A model generated the notes under the pieces. That model searched no databases. It was not told the DNA's origin and saw only the letters and a list, made by a program, of their open reading frames with translations. A program made the position numbers and the translations under genes. Positions 37,377 through 47,244 of a stretch of DNA of 64,000 nt are shown one piece after another (position 1 is the stretch's first letter; each line of letters opens with the position of its first letter). The DNA is taken from NCBI GenBank assembly GCA_030603275.1, contig JAUVYB010000005.1, positions 13,928 through 77,927 on the forward strand. The letters are read 5' to 3'. Source of the stretch: Deltaproteobacteria bacterium (lineage in GTDB: Bacteria; Chloroflexota; Dehalococcoidia; Dehalococcoidales; BS750m-G39).

Positions 37377-38512
37377 GTGAGAGATATCGGGCGGATAAAT
37401 AACCCTAACCAGGATAACAAGATAATCGACGCCTGCTCTATATTCGGGGCGATGGATACCACCGGTAAACGGTTTTCCGGCGAGGGCGTCATCAGGGCTA
37501 TCGCCAACATGCACGACCGTGGCAACGGGCTGGGCGGCGGCTTTGCCGTCTACGGCCTCTACCCCGATTACGCCAACCAGTACGCCTTTCACGTGATGTT
37601 CCTGAGCCAGCAGGGCAGGCAGGAGACGGAGGCGTTTTTAAAGGATAACTTTGACCTTATCGAGCAGCAGGAGGTGCCCACCCGGCTGGCGCCGCCGATT
37701 AAGCACCCGCCGCTGGTACGGCGCTATTTTCTTGACATAAATAAAAATAAGCCAGGCAAGCAGTCCGGGGATGACTATGTATTAGAAAAGGTTATGACCA
37801 TAAATACCAAATTATCCGACAGCTTTGTCTTTTCCAGCGGTAAGAACATGGGGGTATTTAAGGGGGTGGGCTACCCCGAGGAGATAGCCGATTACTTCTG
37901 TTTGGAGCAGTACCAGGGCTACCTCTGGACGGCTCACGGGCGGTTCCCCACCAATTCCCCCGGCTGGTGGGGTGGTGCGCACCCGTTCTGTATCCTGGAC
38001 TGGACGGTTATTCACAACGGTGAGATTTCGTCCTACGGTATTAATCGCAGGTATTTGGAGCAGTTCGGCTACCAGTGTACCATGCAGACCGATACCGAGG
38101 TGGTGGCCTACGCCGTCGACCTGCTGATGCGCCAGCACCACCTGCCGCTGGAGGTAGTGGCCAAAATCCTGGCACCGCCTTTCTGGAATACTATCGGGCG
38201 CCTGCCGAAAGAGGAGCAGAAGCTGATGCTGGCTCTGCGCCAGGTGTACGGCAGCCTGCTCCTGAACGGGCCCTTCGCCGTAATTATCGCCCACCACGGT
38301 GAGATGATTGGGCTGACCGATCGTATACGCTTAAGGCCGCTGACGGTGGGGGAGAAGGGTGATATGCTCTATCTATCTTCTGAGGAATCGGCAATCCGCC
38401 TGATAGCCCCGGAGCTGGATAAGGCCTGGATACCGATGGGTGGCCAGCCGGTAGTCGGCAGGCTGAAGGTGGGGGCTAAAAATAGAGTAACCGCCGGGGG
38501 GGGCGAAATAAG

Positions 38513-38519
<7 letters not shown>
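37377..38519 (+). CDS. Glutamate synthase, class II (Ntn) glutamine amidotransferase domain protein (archaeal-type split GltS)
   Basis: 380 aa. Catalytic Cys in [10 protein letters not shown] follows a short propeptide. HGRFPTNS and HNGEISSYG-type motifs. GTG start. Confidence 0.82.
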
Positions 38520-39289
<770 letters not shown>

Positions 39290-39293
39290 GACG

Positions 39294-40799
39294 ATGAAGA
39301 CCTATATAGCACCCAAGTTTTTAGTAAAGCGAGACCCGGAGCGCTGTATCCAGTGCCAGGTTTGTGTTAACCAGTGCAGCTTTGACGCTAATTACTATGA
39401 TGCCGAGGACAACGAGGTCAGGAGCCGCGAGGAGAACTGCGTCGGCTGCCACCGCTGCGAGGTATTTTGCCCCACCCAGGCGCTGACCATCAGCCGCAAC
39501 CCGCAGGAATATCGCGAGAACTATAACTGGCGCCCAGAGGTTATCGAAGATATCTTAAGGCAGGCCGAGACCGGCGGGGTGCTGCTGACCGGCATGGGTG
39601 ACGACAAGGGACAGAAGATTTACTGGGACCACCTGCTGCTCAATGCCAGCCAGGTGACCAACCCTTCTATAGACCCCCTCCGTGAGCCGATGGAGCTTGT
39701 TACCTGGCTGGGGCGGAAACCCGACCGGCTGGAGCTTGATGATAAATCACGGAATCTGAAAACGGAGCTGGCTCCCCAGGTGAGGCTGGAGGTGCCGGTG
39801 ATGTTTGCCGCCATGTCCTACGGGGCGGTGAGTCTTAATGTGCACCGGTCTCTGGCCCGGGCGGCTACCGAGATGGGTACCCTCTGGAACACCGGTGAGG
39901 GGGGACTGCACCCCAGCCTGTATAAATACGGCGATAACACCATTGTCCAGGTGGCTTCCGGGCGCTTCGGCGTGCAGGCCGACTACCTGAACGCGGGAAG
40001 GGTGGTCGAGATAAAAATCGGGCAGGGAGCCAAGCCGGGAATCGGCGGGCATTTGCCCGGGGAGAAGGTAAGCGCCGAGGTATCGTTAACCAGGATGATT
40101 CCCCAGGGCACCGACGCTATATCGCCGGCGCCGCAGCATGATATTTACTCTATTGAGGACCTGGCGCAGCTTATATACGCTTTGAAAGAGGCGACCAACT
40201 ACACCAAGCTGATATCGGTCAAGATTGCCGCCGTCCATAACGCGGCGGCTATCGCCAGCGGCATGGTGCGGGGCGGCGCCGATATTATCGTCCTTGACGG
40301 GCTCCGGGGCTCTACCGGTGCGGCGCCAAAGGTTATCCGTGACAATGTGGGCATTCCCATCGAGCTGGCGTTGGCCGCGGTTGACAGCCGTTTACGTCAG
40401 GAGGGCATACGCAACCAGGCCTCTATAGTGGTCTCCGGCGGCATCAGAAACAGCGGCGACGTGGCCAAGGCCATCGCCCTGGGGGCTGACGCCGTCTATA
40501 TCGGCACGGCGGCCCTCATTGCCCTGGGCTGCCATGTCTGCCAGCAGTGCCATACCGGCAAGTGCGCCTGGGGGCTCTGCACCACCGACCTCCGCCTGAC
40601 CAAGCGGGTCAATCCCGACATCGGCGCCCGAAGGCTGGCTAATTTGCTGCGGGGCTGGAGCATCGAGCTAAAAGATATACTGGGTGGGCTGGGGGTCAAC
40701 GCCATCGAGAGCCTGCGGGGCAACCGCCTGCACCTGAGAGGTGTTGGCTTAAGCGATACCGAGCTGGAAATTCTGGGAGTAGGGATGGCAGGGAGCTAG
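39294..40799 (+). CDS. Glutamate synthase FMN-binding/catalytic domain protein with N-terminal 2x[4Fe-4S] motif
   Basis: 501 aa. CIQCQVCVNQC and CVGCHRCEVFC. QGAKPG.GG.LPG.KV, GG.GA.P, CHTGKC-type 3Fe-4S region. Confidence 0.9.
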   Translation: MKTYIAPKFLVKRDPERCIQCQVCVNQCSFDANYYDAEDNEVRSREENCVGCHRCEVFCPTQALTISRNPQEYRENYNWRPEVIEDILRQAETGGVLLTGMGDDKGQKIYWDHLLLNASQVTNPSIDPLREPMELVTWLGRKPDRLELDDKSRNLKTELAPQVRLEVPVMFAAMSYGAVSLNVHRSLARAATEMGTLWNTGEGGLHPSLYKYGDNTIVQVASGRFGVQADYLNAGRVVEIKIGQGAKPGIGGHLPGEKVSAEVSLTRMIPQGTDAISPAPQHDIYSIEDLAQLIYALKEATNYTKLISVKIAAVHNAAAIASGMVRGGADIIVLDGLRGSTGAAPKVIRDNVGIPIELALAAVDSRLRQEGIRNQASIVVSGGIRNSGDVAKAIALGADAVYIGTAALIALGCHVCQQCHTGKCAWGLCTTDLRLTKRVNPDIGARRLANLLRGWSIELKDILGGLGVNAIESLRGNRLHLRGVGLSDTELEILGVGMAGS

Positions 40800-40801
40800 C
40801 A

Positions 40802-41560
40802 ATGGCGAGCAGAAAGAACTCAGTGGTTAAGATGGATGCCGGCGGCGTTTACTACCGGGAGCTTAACGCTAACTTAAGAAAAGCCGTTACCAACAGCACC
40901 CGCCGCATCGAGCTCCGCAACGTCTACGGGCAGAGGTACATCGGCACCGATTTGAATAAGCCGGTGGAGATTGAGATATTCGGCACTCCCGGTAACGACC
41001 TGGGGGCCTTTATGAACGGGCCCAGGATTATCGTCTGGGGCAACGCCCAGGACGGCTGCGGCAATACCATGAACGAGGGCGAAATAGTAATCCACGGCCA
41101 CGCCGGAGATATTATCGGGCTATCGGCGCGGGGTGGCAAAATCTTTGTCCGCGATGACGTGGGCTACCGGGCGGGCATCCATATGAAGGAGTACCGGGAT
41201 CGTAAGCCGGCGCTGGTTATCGGGGGCACCGCCCAGGACTTTGTCGGCGAGTATATGGCCGGCGGTGTGCTGATCCTGCTGGGCCTGAATTTAAAAGAGG
41301 GCGAGAGTCATAAAGCCAATTTTATCGGCACAGGCATGCACGGCGGCGTTATCTACCTGAGGGGAAGCGTCGAGGAGTACCAGCTGGGTAAGGAGGTAGG
41401 CGTCGCCCAGCTGGAGGACGCCGACCGTCAGGTTCTTAAGCAGCTGGTCGGCGAGTTCGCCGCCCACTTCGGCTACGATGCTGGCGAGATACTGAAGCAT
41501 AAGTTTATAAAGCTGTTTCCCCGCTGGCTGCGGCCTTACGGCCGGCTCTACGCCTATTGA
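40802..41560 (+). CDS. Glutamate synthase GXGXG-motif domain protein (GltB domain 3-like)
   Basis: 252 aa. Repetitive beta-helix pattern: G.AG...G..M.GG.I.V.G.AGD..G. Confidence 0.85.
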   Translation: MASRKNSVVKMDAGGVYYRELNANLRKAVTNSTRRIELRNVYGQRYIGTDLNKPVEIEIFGTPGNDLGAFMNGPRIIVWGNAQDGCGNTMNEGEIVIHGHAGDIIGLSARGGKIFVRDDVGYRAGIHMKEYRDRKPALVIGGTAQDFVGEYMAGGVLILLGLNLKEGESHKANFIGTGMHGGVIYLRGSVEEYQLGKEVGVAQLEDADRQVLKQLVGEFAAHFGYDAGEILKHKFIKLFPRWLRPYGRLYAY

Positions 41561-41575
41561 TGGGGGTGGACAATA

Positions 41576-42241
41576 TTGCGGCTGCTGATGATAGCTCAAG
41601 AAACCGGGGCGTTGGCCGAGTTGCGTTCCGAAATCGCTCGTAACGGCTTTGCCTGTGACATAGTTCCCCATGGTGAGGGGGTGCTTGAGGAGATAACCGT
41701 CCAACGCCCTGATTTAGTCCTGGTTGAGATGGGCGGTAACCTGCCCGCTGACGAGGTAGGGGAGCTCGTCCGGAGGCTGAAAGGGGAAAGGCGCCTGCCG
41801 GTTATAGCCCTGCTCCCCGGAGATACGCTGGACAGCCTTAACGGCAGTCTTGATGTTGATGATTTTATCACCAGCCCCTGCGATGCGCATGAGCTGGTCT
41901 TGAGAGCCAGGCGAGTTTTAAGCCGGGCCCGGAACATTGACGGCGGCGAGCTAATCAAGTGTGACGGCTTGTTGATAGACCTGGCCAAGTGTGAGGTGAT
42001 CCTGGAGGGCGAAATAATTGAGCTTACCTTTAAAGAGTATGAGATGCTAAAGTTCCTGGCCAGCCACCGGGGCCGTGTCTATAGTCGTGAAGCCCTGCTT
42101 AACAAGGTCTGGGGCTATGACTACTACGGTGGCGACAGGACGGTGGATGTGCATGTGCGGAGACTGAGAAGCAAGATTGAGGACGCAAAGCACACCTTCA
42201 TCGAGACGGTGAGAAATATCGGCTACCGCTTTAAGGTGTAA
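41576..42241 (+). CDS. OmpR/PhoB-family DNA-binding regulator with a degenerate (pseudo-)receiver domain; GlnR-like
   Basis: 221 aa, TTG start. The winged-helix half is conventional (LTFKEYEMLKFL...VWGYDYYGGDRTVDVHVRRLRSKI...VRNIGYRF). In the receiver half, QE replaces the acidic DD pair, Glu51 sits where the phospho-Asp should be (DLVLVEMGG), no Thr/Ser is seen, and DDFITSP replaces DDY.TKP. Confidence 0.8.
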   Translation: MRLLMIAQETGALAELRSEIARNGFACDIVPHGEGVLEEITVQRPDLVLVEMGGNLPADEVGELVRRLKGERRLPVIALLPGDTLDSLNGSLDVDDFITSPCDAHELVLRARRVLSRARNIDGGELIKCDGLLIDLAKCEVILEGEIIELTFKEYEMLKFLASHRGRVYSREALLNKVWGYDYYGGDRTVDVHVRRLRSKIEDAKHTFIETVRNIGYRFKV

Positions 42242-42282
42242 ATAAAGGTTATTGAATTAGCTTTTAGAGAGGTGAGATTTAA

Positions 42283-43872
42283 ATGTGCGGAATTGCTGGT
42301 TGTTACGGAGCTAAGGATGTTGAGACGGTAAACCGTATGCTCGATGCCATGGAGCACCGGGGGCCCGATGACCGTGGCGTCTATAACTTCAGTGGTGCTG
42401 TTTTAGGCCATACCAGGCTGTCCATCGTTGATGTGGCTGGCGGTCACCAGCCGATACTGACCGCCGACGGCCAAACAGGCATAATCTGCAACGGCGAAAT
42501 CTATAACTTTCGCCAGATTAGAGAGGGCCTTCCCCCCAGCTATGAGTTCACCACCGACTCCGACACCGAGGTCATACTGCACCTTTATCGGGAGAAGGGG
42601 CCGGAGTGCGTAAAAGAGCTGGACGGCATGTTTGCCTTCGCCATCATGGACGGCGGCAAATTATTGCTGGCCCGCGACTCAATCGGCATCAAGCCCCTAT
42701 ATTACGGCTATGCCGACGGCCGGTTTTATTTCTCCTCCGAGTTGGGTGCCATGACCCTGGCCGGAGTAGATGAGGTTCATGAGTTTCCGGCCGGCTCTTA
42801 CTACACGCCAGAGAGCGGCTTCGTTGAGTATTATAAGCTACCGGAGATTCGGGAGCACCTTCTGGCCGATTTTGATGAAGCCAGCCGCCTAATTAGGGAG
42901 ACCTTTATAGCAGCGGTTAAGAAGCGGCTGCTTTCCGATAAGCTGATTCACGTTGGCTCCTTCTGCAGCGGTGGCTTGGACAGCAGCCTGGTGGCGGCTA
43001 TCGCCGCCGAGGAAATCCCCAACCTGCACACCTTTGTCGTGGGCATGATAGACGCCGACGGTAACGAGAGTGACGACCTCAAGGCGTCCCGGATTGCCGC
43101 CGAACATATAGGCTCGACGCACCACGAGCTGATTTTCACCGAGGACGAGTACTACGAGGCACTGCCAATAGTTATCAAGAAGCTGGAGAGCTACGACCCG
43201 TCGCTGGTACGCTGTGCCGTACCCTGCTACTTCACCTGCAAGCTGGCCGCCGACTATGTCACCGTAGTGCTCACCGGTGAAGGCGCCGACGAAATCTTCA
43301 CCGGCTATCACTATATGAAGCACTATCCCACCGATGAGCTTAATGAGGAGGCGATGCGCTGTATCGGCAACCTGCATAACATCAACCTCCAGCGCGCCGA
43401 CCGCATGGGCATGCTCTTTAGCCTGGAGCTGAGAGTGCCTTTCCTGGATACGGCCATGATTGACCTGGCCACGAAGATTCCGCCCGAGCTTAAGATAAGG
43501 CAGTCCGAGGACGGCGAGAGCATGATTGAGAAGTGGATCCTGCGCAAGGCCTTCGAGGGGACGGGCTATCTGCCCGAAGAAATACTCTGGCGTTACAAGG
43601 TCCAGTACACCCAGGGGGCCGGATGCGAGAGCCTGGGGGAGAAGCTGGCCGAGTCGGAAGTGAGCGAGGATGAGTACCAGCGCATCAAAGCGGAGAACCC
43701 CGATGCCGTAATTAACAGCCGCGAGGCGGCCTACTACTTTAAGATATTCCGCGAGTTTCATCCGCAGGATTCGGTGCTCGGTTCTATCGGTATCTGGACC
43801 GGCTTTGACTTCGCTGAGGAAAGGGAGCAGGTGCAGGGAACAGTCGACGGTGACCTCAAACACGTGCGATAG
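42283..43872 (+). CDS. asnB: Asparagine synthase (glutamine-hydrolysing)
   Basis: 529 aa. N-terminal MCGIAG nucleophile, SGGLDSS PP-loop. Confidence 0.93.
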   Translation: MCGIAGCYGAKDVETVNRMLDAMEHRGPDDRGVYNFSGAVLGHTRLSIVDVAGGHQPILTADGQTGIICNGEIYNFRQIREGLPPSYEFTTDSDTEVILHLYREKGPECVKELDGMFAFAIMDGGKLLLARDSIGIKPLYYGYADGRFYFSSELGAMTLAGVDEVHEFPAGSYYTPESGFVEYYKLPEIREHLLADFDEASRLIRETFIAAVKKRLLSDKLIHVGSFCSGGLDSSLVAAIAAEEIPNLHTFVVGMIDADGNESDDLKASRIAAEHIGSTHHELIFTEDEYYEALPIVIKKLESYDPSLVRCAVPCYFTCKLAADYVTVVLTGEGADEIFTGYHYMKHYPTDELNEEAMRCIGNLHNINLQRADRMGMLFSLELRVPFLDTAMIDLATKIPPELKIRQSEDGESMIEKWILRKAFEGTGYLPEEILWRYKVQYTQGAGCESLGEKLAESEVSEDEYQRIKAENPDAVINSREAAYYFKIFREFHPQDSVLGSIGIWTGFDFAEEREQVQGTVDGDLKHVR

Positions 43873-43902
43873 TCCAACCGCCGCCCCCACCTCTATCCAT
43901 CT

Positions 43903-43940
43903 GTAACATAAATTTAACCCCCCTGTAATCTGTTGGAAAC
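43903..43940 (+). promoter_or_regulatory. Four pentamer direct repeats at 11-bp periodicity upstream of amt (GlnR-box-like a-n6-b-n6-a-n6-b)
   Basis: GTAAC-ataaat-TTAAC-ccccct-GTAAT-ctgttg-GAAAC. Ends 47 nt upstream of the amt ATG. Confidence 0.45.
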
Positions 43941-43986
43941 AATCGCCTGTTAAGCTGGAGATAGTTGAAGCATTGGGGAGTTAAAG

Positions 43987-45393
43987 ATGACTATGGACTT
44001 GAGAAGCAAAGTGATGAGGATAACAATAAGAGGGGTGTTAACTTTTAGCCTTGTCTGTCTGTTGTGGCTGGCATGGGCGGCAATGAAAGGTAGTATAGCT
44101 TTGGCTGCTGATCCCACCGGACTAGGAGGCACGGCAGATGCGGCGATAGACTATGTGTGGATATTAGTCTGTGCCTTCCTGGTGATGTTTATGCAGCCAG
44201 GGTTTGCTATGGTCGGGGCCGGATTCACCCGGGCTAAGAATGCCGGGAACTTTATGACTAAAAACTTGATGGATTTTGTGATTGGCTCACTAACTTTCTT
44301 CTTCGTGGGTTATGCCCTGATGATGGGCGGCGACTGGCACGGTCTCTGGGGCACAGAAGGCTGGTTCATGCTTGGTGAGTATTATGATGTTGATGCTTAT
44401 CTCAATATGTTCTGGATGCTGGTCTTCTGTGCTACTGCTGCTACCATTGTCGCCGGTGCTGTCGCCGAGCGGCTGAAGTTTAAGGCTTATCTTATCTATA
44501 GTGTAGTAGTCAGTGCCATTATTTATCCCATCTATGGTCACTGGGTGTGGGGAGGAGGCTGGCTTTCCAGTCTGCCGCTCGGGCTAGGCGCTCTGGACTT
44601 TGCCGGTTCGGGGGTAGTTCATGCCGTTGGTGGTCTCGTTGGCTTAGCTGGAGCAATCGTTCTCGGTCCGAGGTTTGGCAGATATGATAAGAGCGGAAAG
44701 CCACGGGCAATCCCCGGGCATAGCATAACGCTGGCTACCCTGGGAGTCTTTATCCTGTGGTTTGGCTGGTTTGGCTTTAACCCGGGCAGTACTTGTGATG
44801 CGCACCATCTGAGAATATCGGTTATCGCCGTCAACACCAATCTGGCAGCGGCTGCCGGTGGACTGGCCGCACTCCTTGTAGCCTACTGGAAGACAAGGAA
44901 ATGGGATATAGGTATGCTTATCAATGGCATATTAGCCGGACTTGTCGCCATTACTGCCCCCTGCGCCTGGGTAGAGGGTTGGGCAGCAATTGTGATTGGT
45001 CTTATCGGTGGTGTGCTAATGTATGCCAGTGTCAAGTTCCTTGAAGCTAAGAGGATAGATGACCCGGTGGGGGCAGTGAGTGTGCACGGTGCTTGTGGTC
45101 TGTGGGGTCTGCTTAGCGTCGGTTTCTTTGCCGATGGAACCTATGGTAATTACTCAGTTGACGCACCATATGTCACCGGTCTATTTTACGGGGGGGGAGG
45201 TGAGCAGTTACTCGCCCAGCTTATCAGTGTAGTAGTGGTTGCCGTTTGGGCATTCGGTATGGGCTACCTAACTTTTAAGCTAATGAATAAGGCTTTTGGC
45301 ATTCGTGTATCCCCTGAAGAGGAGCTGCAGGGATTGGATATCCCCGAGCATGGCGCACCAGCTTATCCCGACTTTATTACTAAGCAAAGTTAG
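43987..45393 (+). CDS. amt: Ammonium transporter
   Basis: 468 aa. FMQPGFAMV, D.AG..VVH..GG, W.GW.GFN, multiple TM helices. Confidence 0.95.
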   Translation: MTMDLRSKVMRITIRGVLTFSLVCLLWLAWAAMKGSIALAADPTGLGGTADAAIDYVWILVCAFLVMFMQPGFAMVGAGFTRAKNAGNFMTKNLMDFVIGSLTFFFVGYALMMGGDWHGLWGTEGWFMLGEYYDVDAYLNMFWMLVFCATAATIVAGAVAERLKFKAYLIYSVVVSAIIYPIYGHWVWGGGWLSSLPLGLGALDFAGSGVVHAVGGLVGLAGAIVLGPRFGRYDKSGKPRAIPGHSITLATLGVFILWFGWFGFNPGSTCDAHHLRISVIAVNTNLAAAAGGLAALLVAYWKTRKWDIGMLINGILAGLVAITAPCAWVEGWAAIVIGLIGGVLMYASVKFLEAKRIDDPVGAVSVHGACGLWGLLSVGFFADGTYGNYSVDAPYVTGLFYGGGGEQLLAQLISVVVVAVWAFGMGYLTFKLMNKAFGIRVSPEEELQGLDIPEHGAPAYPDFITKQS

Positions 45394-45429
45394 GTCAGCG
45401 GCAATATGGAATAAGGGGGCGTGAAGAAA

Positions 45430-45768
45430 ATGAAGAAGATAGAGGCGATAATTAGGGTAGAGAAATTTGAGGAGGTGAAGGAAGCTTTGAAGGAATTGGG
45501 CTACCCTGGAATGACCAAGACCCTCGTTGAGGGTCATGGCAAGCAGAAAGGGCTTAAGCAACAGTTTCGCGGTACAACATTTGAAGTAGAAATGGTGCCC
45601 AAGTTAAAACTGGAAATTGTAGTGCTTGACGAAGATGTATCTAGGACACTCGCGGCTATCGTCAGAGGTGCTAGGACTGATGATGTCGGTGACGGCAAGA
45701 TTTTTGTCCTGCCGGTGGAGCATGCGGTGCGCGTCCGCACCGGTGATATAGACGAAAATGCCGTCTAG
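45430..45768 (+). CDS. glnB: P-II family nitrogen regulatory protein
   Basis: Start at MKKIEAIIR gives the canonical 112 aa. GDGKIFV. The T-loop reads GHGKQKGLKQQFRGTTF, so Phe sits where enterobacterial P-II has the uridylylated Tyr51. Confidence 0.93.
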   Translation: MKKIEAIIRVEKFEEVKEALKELGYPGMTKTLVEGHGKQKGLKQQFRGTTFEVEMVPKLKLEIVVLDEDVSRTLAAIVRGARTDDVGDGKIFVLPVEHAVRVRTGDIDENAV

Positions 45769-45880
45769 GCAGGTTGCGAGGTGTAGCAGTATGTAGTACA
45801 TTGATGATAATAAGTACATTGATTGTAAAATAGCTAAATTCTATAAATAAAAATAAGTATTACCAAAGGAGGTGGTAACA

Positions 45881-47224
45881 ATGGCCAACAGGAGCAGGGA
45901 AGAGGCTAATGATTATATTTTAAAGATGGCCAAGGAGCATGATGTTAAGTTTATCCGGCTGTGGTTTACCGATATACAGGGTATACTAAAGAGCTTTGCC
46001 ATCACCGTGGAAGAGCTGGAAGGAGCCATGACCGAAGGGATGGGCTTTGACGGGTCGTCAATTCAGGGATTTGCCCGGATTGATGAGAGTGATATGGTGG
46101 CCCTGCCTGACCCGGATACCTTTCAGCTGCTGCCCTGGAGGCCGCGTGAGCACAATGCCGTGGCCCGCATGTTCTGTGATGTCTTAAGGCCGGGGGGCGA
46201 GCCTTTTGAGGGTGACCCCAGATTTGTCCTTAAGAGGAACCTGAAGCGGGCGGCCGACCTGGGCTATACTTTTTATGTGGGACCGGAACTGGAGTTCTTC
46301 TATTTTCAGGATTCCGAGAGCACCGTGCTGCTGGACCAGGGAGGCTACTTTGATTTGACTCCGCGGGATGCCGCTATCGAGATGAGGAAGGATACCGTTC
46401 TGGACCTGGAGGATATGGGTATCGGCGTTGAGTATTCCCACCACGAAGTCGCCCCCAGCCAGCATGAAATAGACATGAGGTATACCGATGCCCTGACCAT
46501 GGCCGATAACGTGATGACCTATCGCCTTGTTGTCAAAGAGGTAGCCTTCAGGCATGGCGTCTATGCCACCTTTATGCCCAAGCCCGTCTTCGGCATCAAC
46601 GGCAGCGGCATGCACGTTCACCAGTCGCTTTTCAATGGCGACCGGAACGCCTTCTTTGATAAAGCTGATGAATACCATCTGTCCAAGATAGCCAGGAGCT
46701 ATATAGCCGGACTGCTGGCACACGCTCCCGAGATTACGGCGGTGACCAACCAGTGGGTCAACTCTTACAAGCGGCTGGTTCCCGGTTACGAGGCGCCGGT
46801 ATACCTGTCTTGGGCGCGGCGCAACCGCTCTGACCTTATCCGAGTCCCGGAGTACCGGCCGGGCAGGGAAAAGGCGACCAGACTTGAATACCGCTCTCCC
46901 GACCCGGCCTGCAACCCCTATCTGGCCTTCAGTGTCATGCTGGCCGCCGGGCTGGAGGGAATTGAGAAGGGCCTGGAGCCGCCTCCGCCGGTAGAAGAGA
47001 ATGTCTATGAGATGTCCGTAGAGGAAAGGCAGAAGCGGGGCATAGGCACCCTGCCGGCCAGCCTGCTGGAAGCCATACTGTTAGCCGAGAAGAGTGAGCT
47101 AGTGCGCAAGGCTCTTGGCGACCATGTTTTTGAGGCTTTCATCCAGAACAAGAAGATAGAGTGGGGAAATTACCGCGCTCAGGTAACCGAATACGAGCTG
47201 AAGAAGTACCTGCCCATATTATAA
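45881..47224 (+). CDS. glnA: Glutamine synthetase, type I
   Basis: Start at MANRSREE (AAGGAGG lies 8 nt upstream). FTD..G, GFDGSS, GPE.EFF, HHEVA..Q.E, NGSGMH.H.S. Confidence 0.95.
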   Translation: MANRSREEANDYILKMAKEHDVKFIRLWFTDIQGILKSFAITVEELEGAMTEGMGFDGSSIQGFARIDESDMVALPDPDTFQLLPWRPREHNAVARMFCDVLRPGGEPFEGDPRFVLKRNLKRAADLGYTFYVGPELEFFYFQDSESTVLLDQGGYFDLTPRDAAIEMRKDTVLDLEDMGIGVEYSHHEVAPSQHEIDMRYTDALTMADNVMTYRLVVKEVAFRHGVYATFMPKPVFGINGSGMHVHQSLFNGDRNAFFDKADEYHLSKIARSYIAGLLAHAPEITAVTNQWVNSYKRLVPGYEAPVYLSWARRNRSDLIRVPEYRPGREKATRLEYRSPDPACNPYLAFSVMLAAGLEGIEKGLEPPPPVEENVYEMSVEERQKRGIGTLPASLLEAILLAEKSELVRKALGDHVFEAFIQNKKIEWGNYRAQVTEYELKKYLPIL

Positions 47225-47244
47225 AGTCTGAGAGGGGGGCCGCT

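Noticed and set aside
42889-43890. 333-aa minus-strand ORF, one of the longest in the track
   Set aside because: It is entirely antisense to asnB, which has unambiguous motifs (MCGIAG, SGGLDSS). It has no recognisable domain and is a typical shadow ORF in GC-rich coding DNA. The same reasoning applies to 15675-16352(+), 19861-20652(+), 38369-38953(-), 35141-35659(-), 17799-18215(-), 53526-54182(-) and 46184-46723(-).
45430-45768. P-II T-loop Phe in place of Tyr51 as an unusual feature
   Set aside because: Non-uridylylatable P-II variants are common outside Proteobacteria. I note it under the feature but it is not remarkable on its own.
43873-45880. Methanogen NrpR operator GGAA-N6-TTCC upstream of amt, glnA, nadE, nrpR or the 34.4-kb operon
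   Set aside because: I found no instance in these upstream regions. Near-matches such as GGAAACAATCGCC lack the TTCC half. I therefore assign no operator to NrpR.
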